Origin: an uncultured bacterium
GTDB lineage: Bacteria > Babelota > Babeliae > Babelales > Babelaceae
Direction of reading: 5' to 3'
Length of the DNA: 64,000 bases
Assembly (NCBI GenBank): GCA_963824495.1
Contig: CAWGPQ010000017.1
Location: forward strand, 32,001-96,000
In this document: one piece after another, positions 31,921 through 41,474 of the stretch
Layout of the letters: each line of letters starts with the position of its first letter
Numbering within the stretch: the first letter of the stretch is position 1
Position numbers and translations under genes: made by a program
Notes under the pieces: generated by a model
Told to the model about the DNA's origin: nothing
What the model saw: only the letters and a program-made list of their open reading frames with translations
Databases searched by the model: none

Positions 31921-32196
31921 ATGAGAAAAAGGCGTGCTGTGCTTTTGGCTTTCATAATAAGCTGTAGCTGTATTCAACCGATAGTATCTCAGGAAGACGA
32001 CCAATCAAAATCACATACTATTGGCAGTTTTGACCGACTTCCAGCAAGCCCTGCTTTCTGGATTTCTGCTGGAGCAGTTAGCACAGGAATAGTACTTGCT
32101 ATAAAATGTAGAAGTATATTTTTGAAGCCGACTAACTTTAGGTTTTTGAAGTACCTTTTTTCTAAGCACAACAGGCAGAAGCAGCATGCAGTATAA
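31921..32196 (+). CDS. Hypothetical small protein (signal + one TM)
   Basis: SD aagga; two hydrophobic segments. Confidence 0.5.
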   Translation: MRKRRAVLLAFIISCSCIQPIVSQEDDQSKSHTIGSFDRLPASPAFWISAGAVSTGIVLAIKCRSIFLKPTNFRFLKYLFSKHNRQKQHAV

Positions 32197-32309
32197 TACC
32201 ATTTTATAAGCTGTTTCTTGTGAAAATATTTCAGCAAAAAGCCTGCTCTATTTATTTTAATATATAACAACGTAGTATGATTAATCAAAGTATTAACTCG
32301 AGGATGAAC

Positions 32310-32594
32310 ATGAACTATATTTTTTTATTTTTATCACTCATGCTTATCAGCTTTCTAGCCAGCCAAGAAGCTTACTGTCAATTAGATACACAAGATACCA
32401 CCAAGCTCGGTATAGTAGATGAATCTGCGGACATACTGACAGAGCCGTTAATACACCCAGCCCTCTTGCTTGGTGCACTAACCACCTGGCTTGTGCTTTG
32501 TGCAAAAAAAGGAGTTTTGCCACTTTCTCTGCATCAAACAAGCTTATTAAGTAATGTCCTGGGCTTTTCAAGAAACTGTCGTGCAAAAATATAG
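32310..32594 (+). CDS. Hypothetical small protein (signal + one TM)
   Basis: SD gagg; two hydrophobic segments; overlaps truA start. Confidence 0.5.
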   Translation: MNYIFLFLSLMLISFLASQEAYCQLDTQDTTKLGIVDESADILTEPLIHPALLLGALTTWLVLCAKKGVLPLSLHQTSLLSNVLGFSRNCRAKI

Positions 32595-33339
32595 AGTTAT
32601 TATCGCCTACGATGGGACTAACTATCACGGTTGGCAAGTGCAACCGGATATTCCTACTATAGCAGGAGTTATGCAAGAGCAGTTTAGATCAGTATTTAGT
32701 GATGCTATTACCCTTGTGGGTGCATCGCGTACTGACGCTGGCGTACACGCTTTGGGGCAAGTAGCCCATTTTTCCACAGGGCTAGACATTTCGCCTCAAG
32801 CTATGCTACGAGCCTGGAATGCGCATCTACCAGCTGATATTCATATCCGTTCACTTGGGCTGGTTTTGCCTTCGTTTCATGCTCAGCGTAACGTTGTGCA
32901 AAAAGTTTATTACTATCATGTTTTTACACAACGGCCATTACCGTTTTGTGCTCGATATGGTCTTTATTATAGGTTCCCACTAGATATCGAAAAATTAGAT
33001 GCTTGCCTTGGATTAGTTATCGGCACGCATGATTTTCGTTCATTTACAACAGGCTACGAACACGAGAGCACTATCAGAAGCATTACAAGTATCACCTGCA
33101 TACCCTATCGGCAGCTTAGAGCATATCGTATACGTATTGAAGGACCCAGCTTTTTACGCTATATGATTCGTCGCATTGTTGGAGCAGCGTTGCACATAGC
33201 ATCATCGCAGGAGCTTGATGTAAAGCATTTTGCGCATGCCCTTGAAGAGAAAAATCCTGAGCAACAGTTGCCAACTGCTCCCGCGCATGGGTTATTATTA
33301 CGTAAGATGTGGCACAAACCTGGAGAAGAGCATGACTAA
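32581..33339 (+). CDS. truA: tRNA pseudouridine(38-40) synthase
   Basis: YDGTNYHGWQ, SRTDAGVHA, FLRYMIR, TAPAHGL; GTG start. Confidence 0.95.
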   Translation: MQKYRVIIAYDGTNYHGWQVQPDIPTIAGVMQEQFRSVFSDAITLVGASRTDAGVHALGQVAHFSTGLDISPQAMLRAWNAHLPADIHIRSLGLVLPSFHAQRNVVQKVYYYHVFTQRPLPFCARYGLYYRFPLDIEKLDACLGLVIGTHDFRSFTTGYEHESTIRSITSITCIPYRQLRAYRIRIEGPSFLRYMIRRIVGAALHIASSQELDVKHFAHALEEKNPEQQLPTAPAHGLLLRKMWHKPGEEHD

Positions 33340-33877
33340 TCGTCGTTTATCCCGAGTACTCATCGGCATTATTGGTATTATTACTCTTGGCAGCGCTGCG
33401 TATTACGCAACCCATGCTCGCGAAGGCGTATACTCTTATAACGTTAGCACGGATCGACAATTTATATTGGATACTATTAAGAATAACTGGTACTGGCTTG
33501 TAACTGATCCTACGTCCAATTTCGATCCATCCTATATGGAAAACAGGTTTTTATTGCATAATCCAGAAGGTGGTAATATTTTTGTAAAAGTATATCGCAT
33601 TCAGGGCAAGCCTATTGGATTTATAACTTATTATAAGAGAAATTTTTATAAAGGTGTCATTAACCTTCTTGCTATTGATGAAAACTATCGTGGTAAAGGA
33701 TATAGCGACAAGCTATTGAACGCCGCTATTAACGATCTTCAGCATCAAGGTAGTACGTCAGTACAATTAATAACACGTGTCACTAATGAGCCAGCTAAAA
33801 AGCTCTATATACGTTCGGGTTTTAAAGAATCGGGGCTTAATAATGGCATTGTTCATTATGAAAAAAGCCTGAGTTAG
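33332..33877 (+). CDS. GNAT N-acetyltransferase with N-terminal TM/signal
   Basis: LAID..YRGKGY, N.PAKKLY...GF. Confidence 0.85.
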   Translation: MTNRRLSRVLIGIIGIITLGSAAYYATHAREGVYSYNVSTDRQFILDTIKNNWYWLVTDPTSNFDPSYMENRFLLHNPEGGNIFVKVYRIQGKPIGFITYYKRNFYKGVINLLAIDENYRGKGYSDKLLNAAINDLQHQGSTSVQLITRVTNEPAKKLYIRSGFKESGLNNGIVHYEKSLS

Positions 33878-35262
33878 GATATATTACTCTTAGGTTCTTG
33901 CAGTTCATGGGGACCAGTGCTTCCCTTCTCATAAAAATAGAGGCGTAAGTTTATTACTTTGATTGCATCGATAATTTTCCAAGCATAATCTATCTCATGA
34001 AATCGCACAGAAACTACGTGATCTCCTTTGAATATGTCCTGAAAAATTACTTCATAAGCATTTATCATAAAAGACCGGCTATCTCTGTAACGAAACTCAA
34101 GTGTAGTCGGCAGTATGTGTCGAGTTATATCAGGTTCATTAGCTAGTATAGTTATATCAAGACCAGCATGTGGTGCTATCTGGATAGTGAGTGCTGGTTC
34201 TCGGGCGGAGCCGACCATACCAGGAAATACTTTGGGTTTTTTGAACACAATACGAGCCAAAACCTCTTGCTTATGTAAGTATTTACCTGTCTGCAGAAAA
34301 AAGGGCACATTTTCCCATTGGGTAGTATTAATGTTGAATCTGAGTGCTGCAAAAGTCTCTGTCATAGAATCAGATGCTACACCAGATTCCTGACGATAGC
34401 CTATATATTGACCTAAGATACCATCAACAAATTCAGCGTTACTCAAAACTTGAATCTTGGCATCTGTGATATTTTTGCCTCTTAAATTTTCCATCGGGGG
34501 TAAAGCAACCAACGACATGAGCTGCAGTAGATGATTTTGAACAATATCACGTAAGGCACCGGTGGTATCATAAAATTTCCCTCTATCTTCTATACCCAGA
34601 GTTTCATTAAGCAGAATTTCGATACGCTCAATATGCTTATTGTTCCATAATGGCTCAAAAAAGGGATTTTCAAAGCGCACCGTAACGGCATTACTTACGG
34701 TCCCTTTGGCTGTGAAAAAATCTATAAGAAACACTTGCTTTTCATTAAGCATCTGCTCAATGGCTTGATATATCGCTTGTGCCGATACACGGTCTTTACC
34801 AAAAGGCTTTTCGTAAGCAATTCTATGCCAATAAAATCGAGGATAATCTTGGTGCTCTATAATACCAGCTTGCAGAGAATTTCGCGTAATAGCTTCATAA
34901 TATTCCCAGGATGAAGAGCAATAAAGCACTCTATTGCCTGAGTGATTACTTGAAAGGCTAAATTCTTGTTCAGCTTGCCTGATTATATCGTTAAGTTTTA
35001 CGTAATCCTGCTCTTTGGTAACATCAAGTTGAACGTAGCGACTATGGTCACCAAACTCACTCCACGTATCGGGGTCAAGAGCGTGAATAAACTCTTGTGC
35101 ACCTTCAAGCATTTCATTAACAGAGATATCAGGAAGTGCACCGCCAATAAGAGCAAATTTAGTAAGCTTCTTACTCGCAAAAAGCTGGTAGAGAGCAGGG
35201 ATTAACGCTCGCCGAGCCACATCACCGGTTGCTCCAAGTAATACAAACGTTACTTCAAACAT
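33874..35262 (-). CDS. zwf: Glucose-6-phosphate dehydrogenase homolog, divergent motifs
   Basis: GATGD, EKPFG, EPLWN, GALRDIVQNHLLQ, TETFAA, TGK. Confidence 0.85.
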   Translation of the reverse strand: MFEVTFVLLGATGDVARRALIPALYQLFASKKLTKFALIGGALPDISVNEMLEGAQEFIHALDPDTWSEFGDHSRYVQLDVTKEQDYVKLNDIIRQAEQEFSLSSNHSGNRVLYCSSSWEYYEAITRNSLQAGIIEHQDYPRFYWHRIAYEKPFGKDRVSAQAIYQAIEQMLNEKQVFLIDFFTAKGTVSNAVTVRFENPFFEPLWNNKHIERIEILLNETLGIEDRGKFYDTTGALRDIVQNHLLQLMSLVALPPMENLRGKNITDAKIQVLSNAEFVDGILGQYIGYRQESGVASDSMTETFAALRFNINTTQWENVPFFLQTGKYLHKQEVLARIVFKKPKVFPGMVGSAREPALTIQIAPHAGLDITILANEPDITRHILPTTLEFRYRDSRSFMINAYEVIFQDIFKGDHVVSVRFHEIDYAWKIIDAIKVINLRLYFYEKGSTGPHELQEPKSNIS

Positions 35263-35409
35263 GTGATAACTTTCTCTTAATATTTATACTTTCTCTTTGG
35301 ACACACAGTTTCTCCTATAGATACTTGTAGTCACCTAGTTACCCAGTCACCTATTGATCCGTCCATAGTGTAGACTATACTACAAAGTGCCTATTTTGAC
35401 AGGAAAAAA

Positions 35410-36207
35410 ATGCTTATGAAAAAATTACCCGTAGACGTAAGTGATTTTAATATTATGATTACCGAGAATTATCTCTACGTGGATAAAACTCAGCATATCT
35501 ATAACCTCATAACCCAAGGTAGATTATACTTTCTCTCTCGTCCCCGTCGATTTGGCAAGTCACTTTTAATTTCAACCCTTAAAGAGATCTTTTTGGGCAA
35601 TAAGCACCTTTTTGAAGGCTTATGGATAGACACAAGCAATTATTAATGAACTGAGCATCCCGTTATCCACTTAGATCTATCGTCAATTTCCTACCAAAAT
35701 GCTGAATCACTCAGGGCAGATCTTACATGGGCGCTCCAAGATATTGCTCGAAATTATGGCATTACCACAAGTAATGCTCCTCCACTTGAAACAACACTCC
35801 GTGCTGTTGTAACACAACTTGCAGTACGTGGAAAGGTAGTTGTACTTATAGATGAATACGATTACCCTCTTTTACGTCATCTTCATAGTCATGAATCTGC
35901 TCACGCTCTACAAGAAGCGTTGAGCTCTTTTTTTGTTGTCTTCAAAAGTCTGGATTCGTATTTACGTGCCCTTTTTATGACAGGCGTAAGCAAGTTCTCA
36001 AAAACGTCAGTCTTTTCTGGTCTTAATAATCTTAATGACATTACGCTCGATACCCGTGTATCAACTCTTTTAGGCTATACCGATGAAGAAATCACAAGCT
36101 ATTTTTCAGCACATATACAGAACATAGCACAAGAGCACACACTATCGGAAGAACTTATCCATCAAGAGATGAAGCAATGGTACAATGGATACCAATTCTC
36201 TGAAGCC
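35410..36207 (+). pseudogene. AAA-ATPase-like (PD-(D/E)XK-associated family) N-terminal fragment with internal stops
   Basis: YVDKT, RPRRFGKS, in-frame TAA TGA at 35644-35649, HPVIHLD, LIDEYD, TGVSKF, WYNGY; C-terminal half absent. Confidence 0.85.
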
Positions 36208-36774
36208 CCGTCAGGTGGAGCAACCGGTGCTACTGGCTTAACTGGCTCAGGTGCTACAGGGGCTACCGGTTTTACCGGGTTACTGGCCCGGCAGGTGGTG
36301 CAACTGGAGCCACTGGATCGGCAGGCTCTGCGGGTTCAACGGGGGCCACGGGTGCAACAGGAACAAGTGGTATTTTAGGATATGGTTATATTTATAATCT
36401 TTCTGCTCAAACAGTAGCTATTGAAGCGCCAACTCTTTTTGACAACAATGGTTTTCTGCTTGGAGTCACACACCCCTGGATCTCCTACGATTAATGTTGT
36501 TAGCACTGGAACGTATGCTGTTATTTTTTCCGTTTCTGGAACAGAACCTAATCAATTTGCACTATTTATAAATGGTGCTACAGCTACAGAAAGCATTTAC
36601 GCTTCAGGTGCTGGCACCCAGCAAAACACTGGCCTATCTATTCTTCAATCGGTTGCTGGTGATGCTTTAACTCTTGTAAATCATTCTTCTGCCGCAGCTG
36701 TAACTCTTGCAACTCCAATCGGCGGAACACAAGCAAATGTAAATGCTTCAGTTCTCATCTTACAAATAGCTTAA
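36208..36774 (+). pseudogene. Collagen-like (G-X-T) repeats + BclA-type C-terminal domain, frameshifted, no own start
   Basis: GATGATG repeats; YIYNLSAQ...EPNQFALF...GAGTQQN...GGTQANVNAS across two frameshifts (~36280, ~36472). Confidence 0.75.
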
Positions 36775-36978
36775 CAAAATTAAAAAACAAAATAACCAGG
36801 TGGGGAGGCGCTTAGCCTCCTCCTATCAGACTACTGCACGTGCCATAACAGTTACAGTATTTTAGAGTACGTAATGATTGCTGCAATAATATTATTGACT
36901 AACATAAATTATTTTATATAGAATTAGAAGTAATGGTTAATAATTATTCGTGAAACCTAAAGTGTACAGGCGAAAATC

Positions 36979-39003
36979 ATGAAAAATCTTGCAAAAAAAA
37001 TAAGTGCTATACTTATAGCCATAGTATTTTCATTCTCCGTAATGGAAAGCGTAACAGCAATGACAAGCAATATGCTAAGCTCTCTGGACCAAGAGACTGC
37101 CGATATATTAACAGATTGGGCAACGTATATCGTTGTTGGAGCGGGTGCAGCAGGAAGCGTAGTAGCGGCCCGATTGGCCGAAAACCCCAAGAATAATGTC
37201 TTGGTAATTGAGCTAGGACCTAACAATCTTGGCAATCACTGGATTGAACAGCCTTCTGCTAGCTCGCTGCTTTGGGAGCATCCAGATGGCCCTAGACCAT
37301 CCCCAACATCATTAGCATTTGAAACAGCAATGCAGCTCGGGCGTCGATACCGTTATCCACGGGGAGATGGAGCTGGTGGCAGCACAAATCATCATTCTCT
37401 GATTGACGGACGTGGTTCAGCTCATATTTATGACAATATTGCAGAGCTTGTTGGAGACCAACGATGGTCATATCGCAATATACTGCCATATTTCAAAAAA
37501 ATGGAGTCGTATAATGTTCCCTTAGCCGATACAAAGTTTCACGGATCTACTGGCTGGTTGAACATTAAAAAAGGCACGGTTAAATCTCCCTTGCATAGAG
37601 ATTTTCTTCATACTGCAAGCAAAGTTACATCTGCGCCTATTCGTGCTGATATGTCGGGCGATCCAAAAAATGCAGATGGGGTAGGCATTACAGATCTCCA
37701 AATAACGCCCCAAGGGAAACGTTCTTCAGCCTTTGAGCATCTGCTTGTACCGCACATGGCTCGCAATGACAACATTATTGTACTCTTTAACACGCTCGCT
37801 ACGCGCGTCTTGACCAAGCAAACAGATACGGGATTAGTAGCAGTTGGCATTGAATGTCTTCATAAACCTCACGCCTATTTAGCTGATACTAGTGCCAATA
37901 CTACAAAATCCGAAGCACAACAGCCTCTACGTGTTCGATTTAATGCTCGCAATGAGGTCATCTTATCCGGCGGGGCCATTAATACCCCACAATTGCTTTT
38001 ATTATCCGGAATAGGACCACGCCAACATTTACTTGACATGAATATTCCTGTGGTGCTTGATCATCCGGGGGTCGGCACGGACCTGATGGACCATCATGAA
38101 GCTGCTATTGTTTTCGAAGTTGACCCACTCAAAATGGTGTGGCCTGCACAAGCCACTACCATTATAGACAACATTGATTCGTATCTTAAACGATCACCAA
38201 CGAACAAGCAGACAGTAAAGCGCTTACTAAAACTCAAGTCATACCTTCAGAAATTTGCTGATAGAACCGAGCAACGTGAAACCAGCGGGGGCATCGTTCT
38301 TGATTGGTATTCTGGTCTTGATACCGATATTGGTCACGATCTTCATATTCATAGTGGCGAAGGATTTTGGTTTGACTTCGACTTGAGCAGTACTGAGCCT
38401 TTACCCGATGGTAAATTACGCACCGATTACCTACGATCGCAACACGATATACTACACCCAGACTTTTTACGAGTTCTGCACCAATGTTTGATTGAGGTAT
38501 TAAAAGTGAGTCAAGCCAATGGTACCATTCGATTGGCAAGTGCTGACCCGACGGTACCTCCCATTATAGACCTGGCGCTCTACAAGGACGACGAGGCTAC
38601 AGAACGCATCGCTCGGGGTATGAAAATGGTTCGTGAAATTGTTCGACATCCACAAATGAAATCGTACTATAAGCTTGACGCTAACGGAAATCCTTTAGAA
38701 ATCTTTCCAGGCTCACAGGTGCAGACACTGGATCAGCTGAAGTATTACCTCAAGCGATGGTCAGCTTTTGGCCATCATATTTCAGGTACAGCAAAAATGG
38801 GTCGGCCCTCCCAACAAAACGCAGTTATTGACAGCAAGTTACGTGTTTTTGGTATTCCCAATTTACGTATAGTTGACACAAGTGTTTATCCCTTCCCTTA
38901 TCTACACGGTTATAATACATCTCGGGGTGCGTATTTAGTGGGCGAAATTGGTGCCGATCTTATCAAAGAAACTCACAAGTGGAGGGGACGTGAAAAAAAT
39001 TGA
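36979..39003 (+). CDS. Secreted GMC-family flavin oxidoreductase
   Basis: Signal peptide, GAGAAG, GGST, GAINTPQLLLLSGIG, HISGT, LRIVDTS, GYNT. Confidence 0.92.
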   Translation: MKNLAKKISAILIAIVFSFSVMESVTAMTSNMLSSLDQETADILTDWATYIVVGAGAAGSVVAARLAENPKNNVLVIELGPNNLGNHWIEQPSASSLLWEHPDGPRPSPTSLAFETAMQLGRRYRYPRGDGAGGSTNHHSLIDGRGSAHIYDNIAELVGDQRWSYRNILPYFKKMESYNVPLADTKFHGSTGWLNIKKGTVKSPLHRDFLHTASKVTSAPIRADMSGDPKNADGVGITDLQITPQGKRSSAFEHLLVPHMARNDNIIVLFNTLATRVLTKQTDTGLVAVGIECLHKPHAYLADTSANTTKSEAQQPLRVRFNARNEVILSGGAINTPQLLLLSGIGPRQHLLDMNIPVVLDHPGVGTDLMDHHEAAIVFEVDPLKMVWPAQATTIIDNIDSYLKRSPTNKQTVKRLLKLKSYLQKFADRTEQRETSGGIVLDWYSGLDTDIGHDLHIHSGEGFWFDFDLSSTEPLPDGKLRTDYLRSQHDILHPDFLRVLHQCLIEVLKVSQANGTIRLASADPTVPPIIDLALYKDDEATERIARGMKMVREIVRHPQMKSYYKLDANGNPLEIFPGSQVQTLDQLKYYLKRWSAFGHHISGTAKMGRPSQQNAVIDSKLRVFGIPNLRIVDTSVYPFPYLHGYNTSRGAYLVGEIGADLIKETHKWRGREKN

Positions 39004-40018
39004 CCTTTTTGCAGGGCTTCCACACGATATACTCGAAAAGCGAAAAAAATCAGCAGAACCAACGTTTATGGAGCCCATGCTCGCTACCTTAACAACTGAT
39101 TATTTTTCTAGTAAAGACTGGATTTTCGAACACAAATTTGATGGAGAACGTTGTCTTGCCTTTAAAAAAAGTGGTAATGTTATCTTAAAATCGCGTGCTA
39201 ACAAAGAAATGAATAACGAATACCCAGAACTTGTCAAAGCACTTGCTGAACAGTCTGCTCATAATTTTATAATCGATGGAGAAATTGTTGCACTTAACCA
39301 AAATGGATTATCAGATTTTCAGCTATTACAAGGACGAATTAATCTACGTAAGAGTACGAAAGTTGCCCAAGAAGAAACTATAGTTCCTATTTACTATCGA
39401 ATTTTTGATGTACTCTATGCTGATGGCTATGATATACGTGATCTACCACTTCTTGCACGCAAACTTATTTTAAAGAGGTTACTTGACTACACGGAAATGC
39501 TTACCTACAGCACCTATCGTTCCACTAACGGGCTTGAGTTCTTTAAGGAAGCCTGCAAACTGCACTGGGAGGGTCTTATCGCCAAGCGTGCTCAAAGCCC
39601 TTATGTAGGAGTCCGATCGCGTGACTGGCTTAAATTTAAGTGCATTATGGAACAAGAATTTGTTATTGTTGGTTATACAGACCCTAAAGGTTCACGGTCT
39701 GATTTCGGGGCACTTCTTGTTGGTTATTACGCCGGCAACAAATTATTATATGCAGGCAAAGTAGGCACTGGCTATAGCGTAGCCACACTTGCTATGCTTG
39801 GTGCTAAGTTACGTAAGCTGCACATCTCACAATGTCCTCTTGCTAACTATACTGGACCAACGAAGGGCGTGCATTGGGTTAAACCCGAACTCGTTGCTGA
39901 AATTCGATTTGCTGAATGGACCAAAGACAATAGATTGAGAGTGCCACGCTATGAAGGATTACGTGATGACAAAGCTGCGAAAGACGTAATAAAAGAGGTG
40001 CCTTCTTCTATAAGATAA
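38990..40018 (+). CDS. ATP-dependent DNA ligase (LigD/LigC-type ligase domain only)
   Basis: EHKFDGER, DGEIV, FDVL, EGLIAK, WLKFK, VGTG, LRDDK; GTG start after SD ggagggg. Confidence 0.9.
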   Translation: MKKIDLFAGLPHDILEKRKKSAEPTFMEPMLATLTTDYFSSKDWIFEHKFDGERCLAFKKSGNVILKSRANKEMNNEYPELVKALAEQSAHNFIIDGEIVALNQNGLSDFQLLQGRINLRKSTKVAQEETIVPIYYRIFDVLYADGYDIRDLPLLARKLILKRLLDYTEMLTYSTYRSTNGLEFFKEACKLHWEGLIAKRAQSPYVGVRSRDWLKFKCIMEQEFVIVGYTDPKGSRSDFGALLVGYYAGNKLLYAGKVGTGYSVATLAMLGAKLRKLHISQCPLANYTGPTKGVHWVKPELVAEIRFAEWTKDNRLRVPRYEGLRDDKAAKDVIKEVPSSIR

Positions 40019-40604
40019 ATTTCTTTAATAAGTTTTTGATTTTCCCTATATTCAGTTGTCGTTCAAGCTGCCAGGCATTAATAACTTCCTCTCTTGATGC
40101 AGTTGGATACTGCTGGAGGAACCGCTGCATAAAATTAATATACGCCCATTCTTTTTTAGGCGAAGCTTTTTTTTGTTTTCTCAGCAGATACTCTTCTTGC
40201 CAAAATGTAGCAAATTCTGCATAGGTAGGAGGTTTTCCTGATAACCAGCGCATAGTAAGCCAATCAATACCGAATGCCGTAAAGTGGAAATGATTACCTA
40301 TAAGCGTTTTAAAAAAAGCCCGTGCCTTTGCATCATTTTTGTATGAGCCATACAGCATGAGCGTATTTGACGTAAGAGGATAATAAAGCCCTTTTTGTGC
40401 TTTGGAAATAGCAGGTATAGCACGCAGCATCACAACTCCGCCTGTTTGTACAAACGTAATAATACGATAAATCAAAACAACTTTAGTGCCTTTTATGGAT
40501 AGATGATAATGTGCGCATACATCTCTGAGCTCAGCAATGTTCATATAGCAAAGAGCATCGTTGAGCTGCTGGATGTCATCAGTGTGTAAAGTATTGTTAT
40601 TCAT
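40008..40604 (-). CDS. SAP-like N-terminus + DUF6434-like domain protein
   Basis: M.IAELR..C....L..KGTK..LI.RI; RAFFK..IG..FHFT (recalled family pattern). Confidence 0.6.
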   Translation of the reverse strand: MNNNTLHTDDIQQLNDALCYMNIAELRDVCAHYHLSIKGTKVVLIYRIITFVQTGGVVMLRAIPAISKAQKGLYYPLTSNTLMLYGSYKNDAKARAFFKTLIGNHFHFTAFGIDWLTMRWLSGKPPTYAEFATFWQEEYLLRKQKKASPKKEWAYINFMQRFLQQYPTASREEVINAWQLERQLNIGKIKNLLKKFIL

Positions 40605-40633
40605 ATTTTAGCCGATCAATAAGCAACGTAAAA

Positions 40634-41338
40634 CTACACAAGGTATTCGAGAATCTTCCGCTGTAGTTTTATCAGCTCCTTATGGTAGTCAGTGATCCAT
40701 AGGTTGATCTTATGCGGACAGTTCGAAATCGTGTAAATTTCCTTTTTGTTCACATTTGGGGTATGCCGATCGATTAATGTAATAACTCCGGACGGAATCA
40801 CGTCATCTTTTTCACCCATAATTACGAGCAATTTGCCAGTAAAAGCCTCAAGTGTAGACAAAACATCGGTATTCCGCCAGCTCTTATGCGTCCTTATAAT
40901 CTGCGTAAAACCTTGATCGAAGTGTATATCGTAGGCTCTTCCATCATAGAGTGCTAGGCAGAACGATATGAGCGTGTCGATATTGTACAATTCTAGCATT
41001 TTCATAGCGATATAGCCACCCATACTAGCACCACAGATTATGAGCGGTAATTGTCCCACCACTTGGTTAATTAATGCCTGGGCTTCGATCACTCGCTTTT
41101 TCAGGCTACTTTTCTTGAGTTCGCCTGTGCTTTGTCCGTGCCCACTGAAATCAATAGCAAAAACACTCACGCCATTTTTAACAATTGGCTCGGCAACATT
41201 GTTAATAAGCTCTTTAGCACTCGTACCCGCACCATGCAGAAACACAAATTTTGATGAAGCAGATAAGACGCTATTATGCAGACTGATTCCAGCAATAGTT
41301 TCTTCACCAACTTGGAGCACAAAAGGGTTTTTAATCAT
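40634..41338 (-). CDS. Alpha/beta hydrolase
   Basis: LHGAG, DFSGHG, GASMG nucleophile elbow, GEKD, PH. Confidence 0.88.
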   Translation of the reverse strand: MIKNPFVLQVGEETIAGISLHNSVLSASSKFVFLHGAGTSAKELINNVAEPIVKNGVSVFAIDFSGHGQSTGELKKSSLKKRVIEAQALINQVVGQLPLIICGASMGGYIAMKMLELYNIDTLISFCLALYDGRAYDIHFDQGFTQIIRTHKSWRNTDVLSTLEAFTGKLLVIMGEKDDVIPSGVITLIDRHTPNVNKKEIYTISNCPHKINLWITDYHKELIKLQRKILEYLV

Positions 41339-41474
41339 AGCTTATCTTGTTTGCAGATAAAATTAGCCCATCAAGATAACATAAATATTGCAATCTATTA
41401 GTCACATATGCAAGAGTATCAAAGATGAAAATATATCTACAAGACAGTGTAATAGATATTATAAAGGTAGACAA

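Noticed and set aside
35644..35649. Stop-codon reassignment suggested by in-frame TAA TGA in the AAA gene
   Set aside because: TAA, TAG and TGA all terminate intact genes elsewhere in the window; simple pseudogenisation explains it
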